Source of the DNA: Podarcis bocagei
Lineage: Eukaryota
Length of the DNA stretch: 64,000 bases
Reading direction: 5' to 3' (one strand)
Assembly: GCA_964188305.1 (NCBI GenBank)
Contig: OZ076886.1
The notes beneath the pieces are model-generated. The model did no database searches and was not told the DNA's origin. It saw only the letters and a list, made by a program, of their open reading frames with translations. Shown here one piece after another: positions 1-12,891 of this stretch. Numbering within the stretch: position 1 is the stretch's first letter; each line of letters opens with the position of its first letter. The position numbers and the translations under genes are program-made.

Positions 1-427
1 ATCACTTTTCTTTTTGTTGATTGTGAAAGAAATCAGCACAAAGCACCTGACCTGGTTGCTGATTTCTTGGGTTAACAGCCCTGAGCATGGCAGGGAATGA
101 CAATAGGCCAAGTGGCACTCTAATGTATTCTATGTCAATTCTCCTCTAATAGCATTATCCAGAGTCAGCTATGGTTTGTGGTGAAGTGTAACCTTCTCTA
201 TATGGGAATTTAAAAACATTATTACCTCTGACAGATGTGACAGGATCACTGAATGCCCAGAAAAGCTAGACAGGGCAAAGAGACTCATGAAACGGTTACT
301 TTTTTTATTTATACCGCAAGCCTAGTAGACAGTCCCCTCCTCCTCAGCTGAAAAAGCATCTTCTAAATCAGGGATGGGGAACCTGTGGTCCTCCAGGTGT
401 TATTGGACCACAGTGTCTGATGCCTCT

Positions 428-722
428 AATCAAAGAATTTTAGAGTTGGAAGGGACAACAAGCGTCATCTAGTCCAAACCTCTGCAATGCAGGAATCACA
501 GCTGATGCATCCATGACAGATGGTCATCCATCCTCTGCTTAAAAACCTCCAAGGAAGGAGACCCCACAACCTCCCAAGGGAGTCTGTTCCACTGTCTAAC
601 ATCTCTTACTGTCAGAAAGTTCTTCCTGATGTTTAGTCAGAATCTCCTCTTGTGTAACCTGAAGCCATTGGTTTGAGTCCTACCCTCCAGAGCTGGAGAA
701 AACAAGTTTGTTCCATCTTCAT
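428..722 (-). mobile_element. CR1 LINE 3' fragment
   Basis: Reverse-oriented CR1 3' UTR (tagagttggaagggac...catctagtccaa) followed by ORF2 C-terminal sequence; ORF track ...LFSPALEGRTQTNGFRLHKRRF resembles the CR1 copy at 51047-51511. Confidence 0.85.
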
Positions 723-2282
723 TGGCTGAGCTGATGAGATATGGAATCCAACAACATTTGGGGAGCCACAAGCAGATTTGGATTGGTGGTGCAGGGAGAG
801 GAAAAGGAGAGGAAGGCGGTGAAGGTGGAAGTCTTTGCACTAACAGGATGACTTCATTGGTTTCCACCCCTTCAGTGCTTTGTAAGGGTGTGTTGGTAAG
901 CCCAGAGATGAAGGCTTGGCATCAGTGCTAGCTTTCTAGATTCTCTGCATCTGTTACTGGAGAGACATATCATTTGCTCAGCTGACTCTGTTGAGTGTGT
1001 CCAATGTTTAAAAAATGTAGATGGGCTGTAAGGGTTGGGGTGCAAAGCTCTGGTGTCCCCTTCCTATTTTTCCAAGCTCTATGGTTGTTGTTTTTTCGTC
1101 ATTTTGCTTGATGGAAGCCATTTCCTTATTCCATATCATGCAATATGCTTTCCCCAATGCAGCCTTATGTCATGCCATGTAATAACCTAGTCTATTCCCA
1201 CTTTCCCTTTCTCATATGCCAAATAACACCTATGACACTGCTGTGTGCCACAAGGTTCAAGGTGACAACAGTGATGGAATAACTGCCTGCTTCATTGCAG
1301 TCCTCAGACCAGCCTGCAGACCTCATTGCGGTATTCAGGCTGCCAGCTTCAGCTACTTCTGCAGTCCTGGATAGCTTCTCCTCTCCCTGCTATCATCCTA
1401 TTTCCATTTCAGCTGTGTGAGCCTGATAATAAGGAAGTTACAACAGACAGCCTAAGGACCTTCATTTATTCTACAGATTGGAGCATGCCATAGCTGCAGT
1501 TAGTTACCTGTGGAGTTTAACTTCTCTGCAAAGCGGGTGAAATGCAAATCAAAAGAATGAGGGTGGTACACTTCCCTTTTAAAATTTTTGTTAGCATTTA
1601 AAGACATGGGAAATATTGCAAGAGGAAGGCTTTTTTATTTTATTTTTAAAATGAAGGAGATGAAGGACAGCAAACCATGGCACAAGATGCTCCACATAAC
1701 ATGAAAGGAATGAAATCTTAATAGTTTTAGCTGCAAAGTAGCAACTAGAACTTCAGGCTACTATGTTTTACCTTTAACATTTCTGCTCCATATAAATCAA
1801 GACACATACTTGGGATGGAACCTTTTTTATTTTTTGCTTTGAATTTATTCATCTGTGAAAAACTACTCCCTTGCCCTCTATTTCATAGTGACAATTACAA
1901 GAATCATCACTTGATCAATAAGCATGCATATCTTGAAGGACTGTGGGGAAAGATCACACTTTTTTTTACCCTTAACCAGCCTGAAGGTGAGCATAAAACA
2001 AGGATTAAAGTATGTTAAAGGCAATTAATCTAGGTGCTTCTGAACAGATGGCATTCAAGAAGGCATTCCACATTCTGGTGTAAAATGGAGAAATTCTATC
2101 CTGAGGGTTTGTACTTGCAAAATGAAACTAAAAAGCTTTCTGAAACCCTTCATTTTAAACTGTATGGCTGCTGTACATGCACTCCAACTCCTCTCATTTA
2201 GGGGTGAAGCTGAAAAACATGAAAAGTATATGTTGGACACATTTTGGAGCTCATTTCTTCCCACATCATTCTGGTAAACCTG

Positions 2283-2342
2283 ATCATAGAATTGGGAGGA
2301 ACCCCGAGGATCATCTAGACCAACCCCTTGCAATGCAGGAAT
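2283..2342 (-). mobile_element. CR1 3' UTR tail fragment
   Basis: tcatagaattgggaggaaccccgaggatcatctagaccaaccccttgcaatgcaggaat matches the CR1 3' end seen at 428-500. Confidence 0.7.
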
Positions 2343-2344
2343 GT

Positions 2345-2505
2345 GCAGGAAAGCAGAGCAATATGTTTGGCACCAGCTTGGTTGCAGGAGCTGCTGGAAG
2401 GAGGAATGCAAGGTGCCATCCAACTGCCTTATGGACTCCACTCCAGATTTGTGTAGGGTTTGATCCTTAGGCTTTTCTTCTCCTGAAGATGTCCCTCAAG
2501 GATTA
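2345..2505 (-). mobile_element. RTE-family 5' region fragment
   Basis: ggaaagcagagcaatatgtttggcaccagc...ccatccaactgcctta is the reverse complement of part of the element at about 30015-30105. Confidence 0.7.
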
Positions 2506-4757
2506 TTTCCACAAGATCTGCTGGGCTCCTGTTCTTTTAATATTTGTTTGTTAAGGAGCAAGATGTTTGAGACAGGTAACTTCTCATGCAGGAATAGGTT
2601 GAAAGCTGCACCTGCTTAAATGCTCAACTTCTGCACAACTACCAAAGTAAGGCTTGACAGCTAGCAGCTTTCCAGGCAATGTCATAGCCCACAAGTCCCA
2701 AACCAGAGGCAAAAAGGGAAAACAATAATGAAAACATGTAGAAGGGCAACCCCCATGGCCAGAGGGTTCGTGCGCGTCCATTGCCCTTTGTCTGCCACCC
2801 AGCACTCTTTTCTCAAAGGAGACATAGCACAATGATTTGCCAACTAGGCTATTAAGGATCCATATCTTGGTTTGTATTGAATCACCCTTCCAACCCACAG
2901 CAACTTTGAGGAAATCGGAGGGTTGCAACTTGTGGTTCCAAACCTGCCCTCCCACCACAGTGCAGCAAGAATCGGGAAGGATATGTAGATATTTCACCCA
3001 CTGCCCAATTTGCGAAAAGCTAATCTATCAGGAATTAAATATTTGGCAATAGTCATGAGAAAAATAATTAGGCCTGGCTGTGGCGTGGAACTGCAAAGGG
3101 AACGGAGCAATGAATTCTGGGAAATATTGTTTATGAAGACTGCTCTGTCCGTTTAGGGCATTGGCTAATAATTTCCAGCTATGTCTGGCTTTTAAAAAGA
3201 GGTGAGGGAAATGGGAGGTGTGAGGGGGTTGAGAGACTTCTGAGAAATGGGTTTTCGCTGGCATTTGGAAGCTAGTCACAGAAATTCTGTCTCTTCATAC
3301 TAGGCTTCATGAAATGTATTATTATTATTTCTTAACAAGACACAAATTTGAGCCTTAAAACTGCCTGGTGAATACTAAATATTCCCTTGAAAGCTTGAGG
3401 AGCAGGTCTAGGAGCAGATAAGTGTCTCCCTGGGAGCAAGGCCACAGCTCCTTTAGATATAACCTGAGGCAGGGCCGTGATGCTAAGATCCAAAATGTGA
3501 CATCCTGTCTCTGGCTGGTAATTGCCTCCAGTCAGGCCTGCCTGTCATCTCTCTGGGGAAGGAGGGAGAGGCTGAGCAGATGGGCTGCCAGCACCCAGAG
3601 GCAGAGCCGAGGCAGGTCAGCTCCAGGGCAACTTCCCTGGGATGGATGTAAAAAGCTGTAGGGTGCTGCAGGAGCTATAAAGGATCGTCTTGGTCCTGCT
3701 GACTGGCAAGCGGAGGGCAACATCCATAATCACCAACTCCCTGTGCATTTCCCTGCAGCTACCGAAACAGCTGTCTATTCATTTGGGAAGTGTTCTTGTA
3801 TATGAGAAACCATTATATTTCACAGTGTGGCTAAGCAGATTCCACCCCCCCCCCGCCCTCTGCACAACCCCTTGCTTATTTTGTGATATACTGTGAATGC
3901 CCATGCTGCCGTGTTACTGTGTTTTATATTAGGCAAAGCTTGTGGCGGCTGTAATAGCAGCTGGGTAGTTAAGGCACAATGAGCATTGCAGCCTCTACAC
4001 AACGCTTGAAAGGAAAGCTTGGCATGGAACAAGTCCTCTGCCCTACTGCTCCTATGTGGCTGGAATGTTTTCCTTGTCTCAGGAGATGCTGGGAATGCTG
4101 AGACTCCGAGAGAGCACAACAGTGACCAATTGATTGCCTATATGTGGCTGGGACAGATTCATTTGGTGTTCATTTACAAGTTTCTTATTTCCTTATATTC
4201 CTTACTGTCTGCTCAGCCACTGAAATCTTCCGGGAGTCACTGTTAGTGGTCTTCCATGGCTTTGTTGTGGGTTTGATCCTCATGTTGGGTGAAAGATTCC
4301 TGCATTGCAGGACTTGATGACCCTTGTGGTCCCTTCCAACTCTGAACGTATATGGTTCTATGGATGCAAACTTGTATCTACCAGAGGCCATGCATTCAGT
4401 ATTGTGGGCCCAATGCTGTGGCACTTCCTTCTGGCTGAGATCAGACATGCCCCCTCCAATTTGAGTGCCCAGCATTAGGTGAAGACCTTTTTATTTCAGC
4501 AAGCATGTGAAGGTTTTTTCTTTCTTTCTTTCTTTCAAAATTATGGTTAATTTTAACTGATTTATCTTCTGCACTGCTTGGAAACTACTGTGTTAAATAT
4601 TATACAAACTGTTGAAATGAATAATAAATTAATGATGGTGTCTACTGATTATGAATAACCCCTGTGTTTGGCTGTTTGGCCCCACAGTTAACACTTTTTC
4701 TCTATATATGCCTAGGTATGCATACAAATATATCAACTGAGGATAGCATATCACGCT

Positions 4758-4885
4758 TCCAATAAAGTGGGCTCTAGTCCATGGAAGCTTCTAGGCCAAA
4801 CAACCTTTGAAGGGAATAGGTCTTTGGAGGGACACAAGACACTGCTGTTTTTGCTACAACAGACTAACATAGCTATTCCTCTAAA
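4758..4885 (+). mobile_element. Penelope-like pseudo-LTR fragment with degenerate hammerhead
   Basis: aagtgggctctagtccatggaagctt...ggtcttt...acagactaacatagcta parallels the terminal segment of the Penelope copy at 35461-35600; core CTGANGA and GAAA are mutated. Confidence 0.6.
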
Positions 4886-4942
4886 AGTTGCAAAGTTGTT
4901 GACAACACACACACATTTCTGGGGTTTTCATTTTAACTTTGC

Positions 4943-5207
4943 TAGAAGAAGAAGAAGAAGATGCAGAAGCGAAAGAGTTTGGATTTGATATCCTGCTTTA
5001 TCACTACCCTAAAGAGTCTCAAAGCGGTAACAATCTCCTTTTCCTTCCTCTCCCACAACAAACACTCTGTGAGGTGAGTGAGGCTGAGAGACTTCAAGGA
5101 AGTGTGACTAGCCCAAGGTCACCCAGCAGCTGCATGTGGAGGAGCGGAGACGCGAACCCGGTTCCCCAGATTACTAGTCCACCGCTCTTAACCACTACAC
5201 CACACTA
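4943..5207 (-). mobile_element. CORE/MIR-like tRNA-derived SINE
   Basis: (GAA)n tail, central acaacaaacactctgtgaggtgag...tgactagcccaaggtcacccag, reverse tRNA head ending accactacaccacact. Confidence 0.8.
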
Positions 5208-7106
5208 GCATGAAAGCACAACATGTTCACCCCCACAAAGCTTCTGTACACAACAAAGCACTAACTTTGGTCTGTGAGCATATATGAGGAGGCAACTGAA
5301 TTGCGCTGACCTTCACTGCAATCTAAGGTACGTCTGTGTGTGTGATTTGTTTTTCAAAACTGAAAATCCAAAACAACCACAGACAGAAAATGAGCAGATG
5401 CTGTTTATTATGGTTGTTGTGTCAACCCTGGATTGATGACTGTGGTGGTTCCCTGTTCACCATTTTATTCTTTCCCATCATTGCTCACGGGATCTCCTTT
5501 TGCCTGTGTGTGTGTGTGAGAGAGGACACTTCCTTGGAGGCAGAGCTGGAGGACTGGCTGAGCTGAGTTATGCATTCCATTTCAAAGCTTGCTCTCAGCA
5601 GATTCTCTCGCATGACTCTGCCCAGCTAATGGAAACGATTTTCACTTCCTTTCATCTGGAAAACACCAGCAAATAATCTTGCATCTTCCCTGGCAGAGGG
5701 AGAGGTGAAAAGACATGAATTGTGCATTCCCAACAGGTGAAACTCTTTCCAACTCTTCAGAGATAAATTGCTCCATTTCTCCTGCAATTGTGAGAGAGTT
5801 CACCACCTCGCCCAGCCTTGGAGCTTAGACAGCTAGTTTGGCATAAAATGATAAAAGAGATGGGCGGAGAGGCATTGTGGTCTCTGGAAATTACTTGGTA
5901 GTCTTTGCTCCATCTGTGAAACTCTTTAGTCCTTGTGTGCCATAGACTATTTCTTACTGCTGGAGCGCAATATTCTCATCTAACTTTTACGTTGATCTGC
6001 AGGCAACTGTGCCTTGGTCAAAATGAGTAGATTTTCAGATAGCGCCAAAGAAGTTGCAGCTAACAGCCTCTGCCATCCACCTCTATCACCCCCTTCCCCT
6101 CTTCTCCAACTCTGGAATCTCCTTACCACTGAAGTCTTGCAGAGAATCAATGCTTCCCATGGATTTGGAACTGGGGAAATGGATACCTGAATACAAAATA
6201 TATGTGCAAAAATCATTGGTTGAAATATAAACATTAGCATTTATTTTCTCAGCCAGTAACTGAAAACAGCAATCAGAAAAGGGCATTGCATATTTGCTGC
6301 AGGAAGCAGAAATTGACTTCAATGAGCTCAAACCGTTTCCAACATATTTGAGGCATGTGTATTTTGTAGCCAGTTAATAGTGTACCCAGATTTAAAAAAA
6401 AATAAAAATCTAAAATGAGAAGCAGGCTTGAATGTCTTTGTTTTGATTATAAAAGACCTGGTGTTGCTGATGTTGCAGACCTCTGGAAGTCAGCATGGTA
6501 TTATCTTAGTCATTTATCAATGTCTCATAGTTATTTTTTACTGTTTTAAGATACTGTAAGCCAACATCAGCCTGAGGAAAAAGGTAGCGCATAAAACCCT
6601 CTTTTACTGTACCACCAATTGACTCAGTTTAGGTTCCTTTGTTTTGATGCAGCAAAGAGGGGTTGAGTATTGAGTGGGACACATAAAGACATCTCCCACT
6701 TGCAGACTTGGAGGTACACAACCCAGGGACAAACATGAAAGTTCAATAGTCATTGGAGTGAATGGGGACCTTGAAGTTCTTGATAGACAAATGTGATAAG
6801 CAGCTTGTTTCCCTGGGCAAGAGTAATCACAATTGTATTCTGGACCCTCCAGTTCAGAGGACACATCCCTATTGCCACCCTCTGACTCGGAGGGTAAGAC
6901 TCTTGCAGGATCTGAACTATTGTGGAATTCACTTGACCACAAAATAGGATGAGAGCCTTTTAACCACCCAGCCAGTTCCACCAGGGAGTCAAATCCTGCT
7001 ACATTCCTGGTCTTGTCAGTGACCTTCAGTGAGCTCTACTATAGCTCCCTGATGAGGCAAATATTCCTATAACTGTTTTGGGAGCTCCAGAGAGCTGGGC
7101 CCCCTT

Positions 7107-7127
7107 GGAGCTGTCCAAGGTCCTGTT
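7107..7127 (-). promoter_or_regulatory. REST/NRSF binding site (RE1/NRSE)
   Basis: Reverse complement AACAGGACCTTGGACAGCTCC matches core CAG(C/G)ACCNNGGACAG and the terminal CC of the RE1 consensus. Confidence 0.6.
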
Positions 7128-8862
7128 TTTGTCTGCTGACTAATCAATTTGTCTTTACTGGATACACTCTGCTTGCCCGGTGAGTCTCAAAGGAGCCCAC
7201 ATAGCCAGACAAAGGGAGCCCCCTCCATGCAAATAGAAGGTGCAAGATCACCGATCCAGACTGGAACTATAGTGGGAGGTAAAGGGTTAAAGTCTCCTAC
7301 CCCTCCCCAGAGTCCTGATCTGGCTATTTGTGTGGGGTGGGGATGAAACTTGCATCAAGTGCAAATCAGAGTTCCATATTTTTTTTTTTTGGTAGGATCC
7401 CAAAAAGGGTTGCACACGAGCCATTTTCACAAGTGATACTTAATTTTCATTTTTACATTTCCCACAGCTGATTGAAAACAGTGACACTGATTAGCTGCAT
7501 ATTGGATGAATGGCTCTCTTCCTCTTCTTGCTTTGCTGTGCCAAGAAAATCTGCTATGCCTGTAGGAAGGGCTTCCCCAAGAGACAAGAAAGGGCTAGAA
7601 CTCAAAGAAATTCTGCAAGAAATGTAACCTATTTGTCTGGTGAACTTAAGCCACTGTAATGCAAAAAGCCAGGCCCACAAGTCCCAATGGCAGCCACCGT
7701 TTGCTCTAATCCCCAGCCTGCAAACTTAGAGCGTTTTCTCTATTTTGACCTTTAAATCTCTCATTTTAAAAAAAGACGCACCACTTTCTCTGTCTTACTT
7801 TTGTTTGATTTGCTGCCTTAAGAATCTTATGAATTTTCTTTATTACAGTTTACATTAAGATTTGCCTATTCCATTGTGAATTTAACAACACCTAGTGTAT
7901 GACACATCATGGCCGATACTACTGTGCCACAAAAATGTATTCTCCCTATCTGCCTACTGTCATAATATACCATTTAATTGGTTTCCCTCTGCCGTGCCCC
8001 AGCCATATTGCTTACTTAGTTTTCAGAATGGCATAAGAATCTGCCCTGCCATGCATGGGTTCCCCGTGTTTGCACAATAAAATAGGCACTTACACTCATT
8101 GCATGTGACAAGGTATGCATGGTTTATCCAAGTAGAAAATCATTCCCACCACAGCTTTAGGTCTCCTTTTATGTTTGCTATCTTTTCAGCTGCCACTATG
8201 TCCCCAAGCACCACTGGTGATGTTAAGCAAGTGCTGATACAGGCAAAAATGTTACTTTCAGACTTGCTAGCAGGAACAAGCCATGAAGGGCTTCCTCAGA
8301 CTACGGTGTGTGTGTATGTGTGTGTGTGTGTGGTGCAGGGGCGAACGAATGGAGTGAAAGCAAAACCAAGAGGGCTGCAAAGAGAGATAAACAGACTCTG
8401 CCAATGTTTACTCCGGAGTCGACACCACCAGCTCCCTAACCTAATCTCATTCTGGGAGCTAATCAAATTCCTAGCAGGCAGAGACACGGGTAAGTCTTAA
8501 TAAAAATGGTAATTCCCAACAGATTGATCCAGCAACTTGAGGACATTCTCAGCCTTTCCTTATGAACTTGCATTGGAACCCCCAAGATTAATATGGCAAT
8601 AAGTGAGAAGTCAGGTTTCGACTGTTACCGATGCAGGACTCTTGTATACATATATAAATAGGCATTTATTACTCCCATGCCTAGGGGGAATGAAGATGAC
8701 TCAGCCAAAGGAGTTGTGGTTAATAGTGAAGTCAGAGGGCAATGCCATGTTCCAGCACTAAAAGAAAGCCTCCCTGTTGTTTAAATGTTTCCTCATCTTT
8801 GATTTTGGTGTCCCTTCCTGCCCCTATTCATAAGAACTCACAGCTGATCCATCTAAGTAGGA

Positions 8863-9247
8863 AAAGGTAAAGGGTAAAGGACCCCTGGATGGCTAAGTCC
8901 AGTCAAAGGTAACAATGGGTTTGTGGCGCTCTGCTTGCTTTCAGGCCAAGGGAGCCTGCATTTGTCCACAGACAGCTTTCCAGGTCATGTAGCCAGCATG
9001 GCTAAACAGCTTCTGGCACAATGGGACACTGTGATGGAAGCCAGAGCGCACGGAAACACGGTTTACCTTCCCACCACAACAGTACCTATTTATCTACTCA
9101 CGCTGGTATGCTTTCAAACTGCTAGGTTGGCAGGAGCTGGGAGAGAGCAACAGGAACTCACCCTGTCACAGGGATTCAAACTGCCAACATTCTGATTGGC
9201 AAGCCCAAGAGGCTCAGTGGTTTAGACCACAGCGCTACCAATGTCCC
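8863..9247 (-). mobile_element. Sauria SINE
   Basis: Starts with reverse tail aaaggtaaagggtaaaggacccctg and ends with reverse head ccacagcgctaccaatgtccc; homologous to + copies at 42853, 46687 and 49074. Confidence 0.9.
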
Positions 9248-9254
9248 ATCTAGT

Positions 9255-9410
9255 TGTTCCATCTAGACCACTATTATCAACACCAACTAGCAGTGGCTCT
9301 GGAAGATTTGGGGCAGAAGACTCTTCCATCCCAATCTGGAAATGCTGGCTATTGAACCTGGGACCTTTTCCATGCAAAACATCTGTTCTGTGACTGAGCT
9401 ATGACCCTTC
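9255..9410 (-). mobile_element. tRNA-derived SINE with CR1-type tail (partial)
   Basis: ccatctag...gcagtggctct...gaacctgggacctt..catgcaaa...actgagctat; same family as 25853-26045. Confidence 0.65.
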
Positions 9411-10251
9411 TGCTTAAAGAGCAGCCAAACGCTAATTTGTCTCAAAGGTTCCCACTGGAACATAGGAAATTCAGACCATTGGTCCAGCTACATGGACAGC
9501 CTATCATAAAAAAATGCTTTACCAATATACGTTCCTCCTTTTTTTGCCCCTGCCCCCACCCCTTGTAAGTCTCTTGATGAAAAAGAAAATACACCAAGGC
9601 AACAAAATTGTGTGTGCCTTTTTCAATAAAGTCAGGTTTGTGCAACTGTTTTAGATTCATGGTTTTATTGTTTTAATCAAATCCAGGTGTATGTGTGTGT
9701 GCACGCGCGCGTGTAACTCTCCCTGGGATCACAAACTTGGTGAAGGGCAGGATATAAATTAAAATAATAAAAATGGATAAATAATAAAGCAGAGGGAGGC
9801 AGGGGTTATTGGCTGAGCTGGATTAATGTTTTACTGATCTTTTACACATTGTATCCTGTTGCACTGAGGAAGATTTCTCTACATCTATATCCTTGCATCT
9901 ATATCCTGAATTTTCCACCTTAGCTATATGCATCTTGTTTTTTATTCTATTTTGTTTAGTCCATTGTCCACCACTCCTTACGTTAACTCTTTCTTCTGAT
10001 ATGTATCTTTAATAAAACTCAATAAATATGATGATGATAATATTTTTTTTTTTAAAAAGAAATGTTGCACAGCTACACTAGTTGTATGGCAAGAAGTCAA
10101 ATGGTGGCAGAGAAAAGGGTATAGTGGGAGAGGGATAGAGAGATGGCTAAGGTAGTCAGAATCCAATCCATCACCACAAGATTGAAATGACACCTTGCGT
10201 TAATGAAGCAATGTGCACAGAAAATTCGACTAGCTAGAAGGTTCACCAGTA

Positions 10252-10485
10252 CAGTGGTACCTCGGGTTAACAAACGCTTCGGGTTACAAACACTTTGGGT
10301 TACAAACTCCGCCAACCCGGAAGTAGTACCTTGGGTTGCGAACTTTGCCCCAGGATGAGAACGAAAATCGTGTGTCAGCGGCACAGCGGCAGCAGGAGGC
10401 CCCATTAGCGAAAGCGCGCCTCAGGCTAAGAACGATTTTGGGTTAAGAATGGAATGAATTAAATTTGTAACCCGAGGTACCACTG
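10252..10485. mobile_element. Tc1/mariner (Tigger-like) MITE
   Basis: TIRs cagtggtacctcgggtta / taacccgaggtaccactg flanked by TA duplication; CpGs largely intact. Confidence 0.9.
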
Positions 10486-12031
10486 TATATCCAATGCATA
10501 GTCACATAAAACAGTCACATCCTCACCTGATGCAAGCAAAACTCTCTGGACTGTTGGGTGCATACAATGTATGCAAATGCAAGGTGACCTTTCAGCCTAC
10601 TGATTTTCTGAACACTATCCAAATATCTCATCTGTCATTGGAAACAGAGAAGAAAGGCCACCACTAGACTTATGGAGGCCCCCCCCCCAAGTTTTTTGCA
10701 TGCCAGTCCAATTCTAGTCACTACATTTTTATTTATTTATTTATTTTCTGCTGGGTCCCCTGTTGTGATGGCATGATGTCAGAAGGTTTTTTTGGTGGCT
10801 CCCAACATTTCCCCAGTTTTTTAAATTAAAAAACTGACTGCTCTCATAGGTCATTTGGCACAGTGATGCCAAAAGGTTATTGTGAGTCTCTAAGATCCTC
10901 CATGTGTCATTTAATATACATCATTCCTACTTCTGCATTTTGGCCATGTTCACTTTGACATTCACCCTCAAAGTATTGCAGCCCTTGGTGCCCCAAAAGG
11001 TGAATGTTAAGATTTAACCCTAAACACAATGGAAATGAAGGGTTATTGAAGTAGAGCATGATGCAAGTAGCTTCAAAAGTGTTGTGGTATATTGAAGCCA
11101 ACTCTTCTTTGATTATAACAGGCATTGTCTGCATTAATTTGGGATCTTTTACAGGCAATAACAGAGAGAAAAAAGCATGCAGTAAGAGTTTTTGTACTGG
11201 TGGGGAAGTCTCTGACAGGAAGTGGCTCAGCTTCTGGACAAAACAGGAGGCTGAGAAAAGAAGTAGCATGTGAAAAAAAGAGAGTGATATGAGAAATAGT
11301 CACATAGGGCTTACCAATGGGAGAGATTGAATGATGTCGTGGTTGCAGAGGTGGTTGCAGAGTTTCCTGGAGGATCAGGTGGCTGCAAAGGAGACTTAAC
11401 GATGGTGAGTTACGAACTGACCTTATTCACTTTACTTAGACAAAATCAGAATAATGAAAAGGCAAATTGATTAGGTATTGGAACGCCGGTTTGTAAAAAA
11501 TTCTGCCAAAGACTTAGCAAAGTAACTTTATTGATGAAAACAAAGAAAGCAATTAAATGGAAAATTTGACTTGATGCCATGATTAGTTTTTTGATGCAGA
11601 CCAAATTCCCTTTTAAACATATATTTTTATTCTAAAGCAGATGCTGCTAAAGGGATGCTGAGCGAGGGAATCTCATATGTGCATGATACACGGGAAGGCA
11701 GGGTAGACGACCTCGCAAATATATTATTCTAGGCCATTATGTAAAATGAGTGCATATGTTGCGCACACACCACTTAAAAGGAGCATGGTGCCACACAAAG
11801 CTTAGGACTGGGTATTTTAATAACTGGATCATAAGCTCCCTGCTCCCCAAGCACAGCTGTCTTCTTAGGACAGCTGGAAAGGGAGTGGAGCACATCGGCT
11901 GGCTTCAAAGGAATCTAGTAAAGCCCCAATGAATCCAAGATAATCCTTTTCAATCGGTCTGGTTTTGCAAATGCTGTAATGGGATGAAACAAGAGATAGG
12001 CTACTTAATGTCTTGCTCTGTTATTGGCCTG

Positions 12032-12052
12032 CACAGCACCATGGAGAGCTGA
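12032..12052 (+). promoter_or_regulatory. REST/NRSF binding site (RE1/NRSE)
   Basis: CACAGCACCATGGAGAGCTGA matches core CAGCACCNNGGA(C/G)AG. Confidence 0.5.
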
Positions 12053-12612
12053 TTGTCTCTAGTACTATCTGCTGACCAGACGAGAGGCAAAATGTTATCC
12101 TGGTCCAGGACGCAAATCAAATCAACTCTCCATGTGTCATCTGTTCTATCTTGCTTCCCATACAGCTTCATCTCATCAGCCCTGGAAAGATCACTTTGAG
12201 TGTGGCAAGTTTCCCTTCCATTTCTCTCCCCCCTCCCCACAGTAAACGTCATTTACATATTGGTTGCCAAGTGTTGGGCTTACAGGACTGGATGTGAAAA
12301 TAAAGAAGTGGAACAGAATCAGAATCAGTGCCAACTCTCTCTGTGTTTCATTTGGCAGGTTTGGTAGCTGAGTCTGAGCACATTTATCAGCAGTGCTGAA
12401 CAGCAGCAAGTGCCCACTGTGCCTTAATTTACAGCACTCTTCAAAATGTCCATTTGAACTTGTATTGACCCTATCAATAGGCTGCTACATTTGCTCTGTT
12501 CATAGAGCTTGGAAAATTCACTCATTAACACCAACCTTCATGGGATGATGACAAGGAATTTGATTTCTTACCCACCCATCCCCATAAGGTCTCTGTGTGG
12601 GTCCCAACAATT

Positions 12613-12614
<2 letters not shown>

Positions 12615-12664
<50 letters not shown>
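12615..12664. repeat. (AC)25 microsatellite
   Basis: Direct reading. Confidence 0.95.
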
Positions 12665-12667
<3 letters not shown>

Positions 12668-12891
12668 GTGGTACCTTGGGTTGAGAACTTAATTAGTTCT
12701 GGAGGTCCGTTCTTAACCTGAAACTGTTCTTAACATGAGGTACCACTTTAGCTAATGGGGCCTCCTGCTACTGCCTTGCCACCGGAGCATGATTTCCATT
12801 CTCATCCTGAAGCAAAGTTCTTAACCCAAGGTACTATTTCTGGGTTAGCAGAGTCTGTAACCTGAAGCGTCAGTAAGCCAAGGTACCACTG
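12665..12891. mobile_element. Tc1/mariner (Tigger-like) MITE
   Basis: agtggtaccttgggtt ... aggtaccactg|ta; same family as 10252 in opposite orientation. Confidence 0.85.

Noticed and set aside
7049-7080. CTGATGA as a hammerhead core
   Set aside because: No stem II followed by GAAA and no stem I/III partner
11340-11410. Possible exon ending ATG|gtgagt at 11404
   Set aside because: No convincing acceptor or pyrimidine tract, and the upstream sequence looks like an L2 remnant
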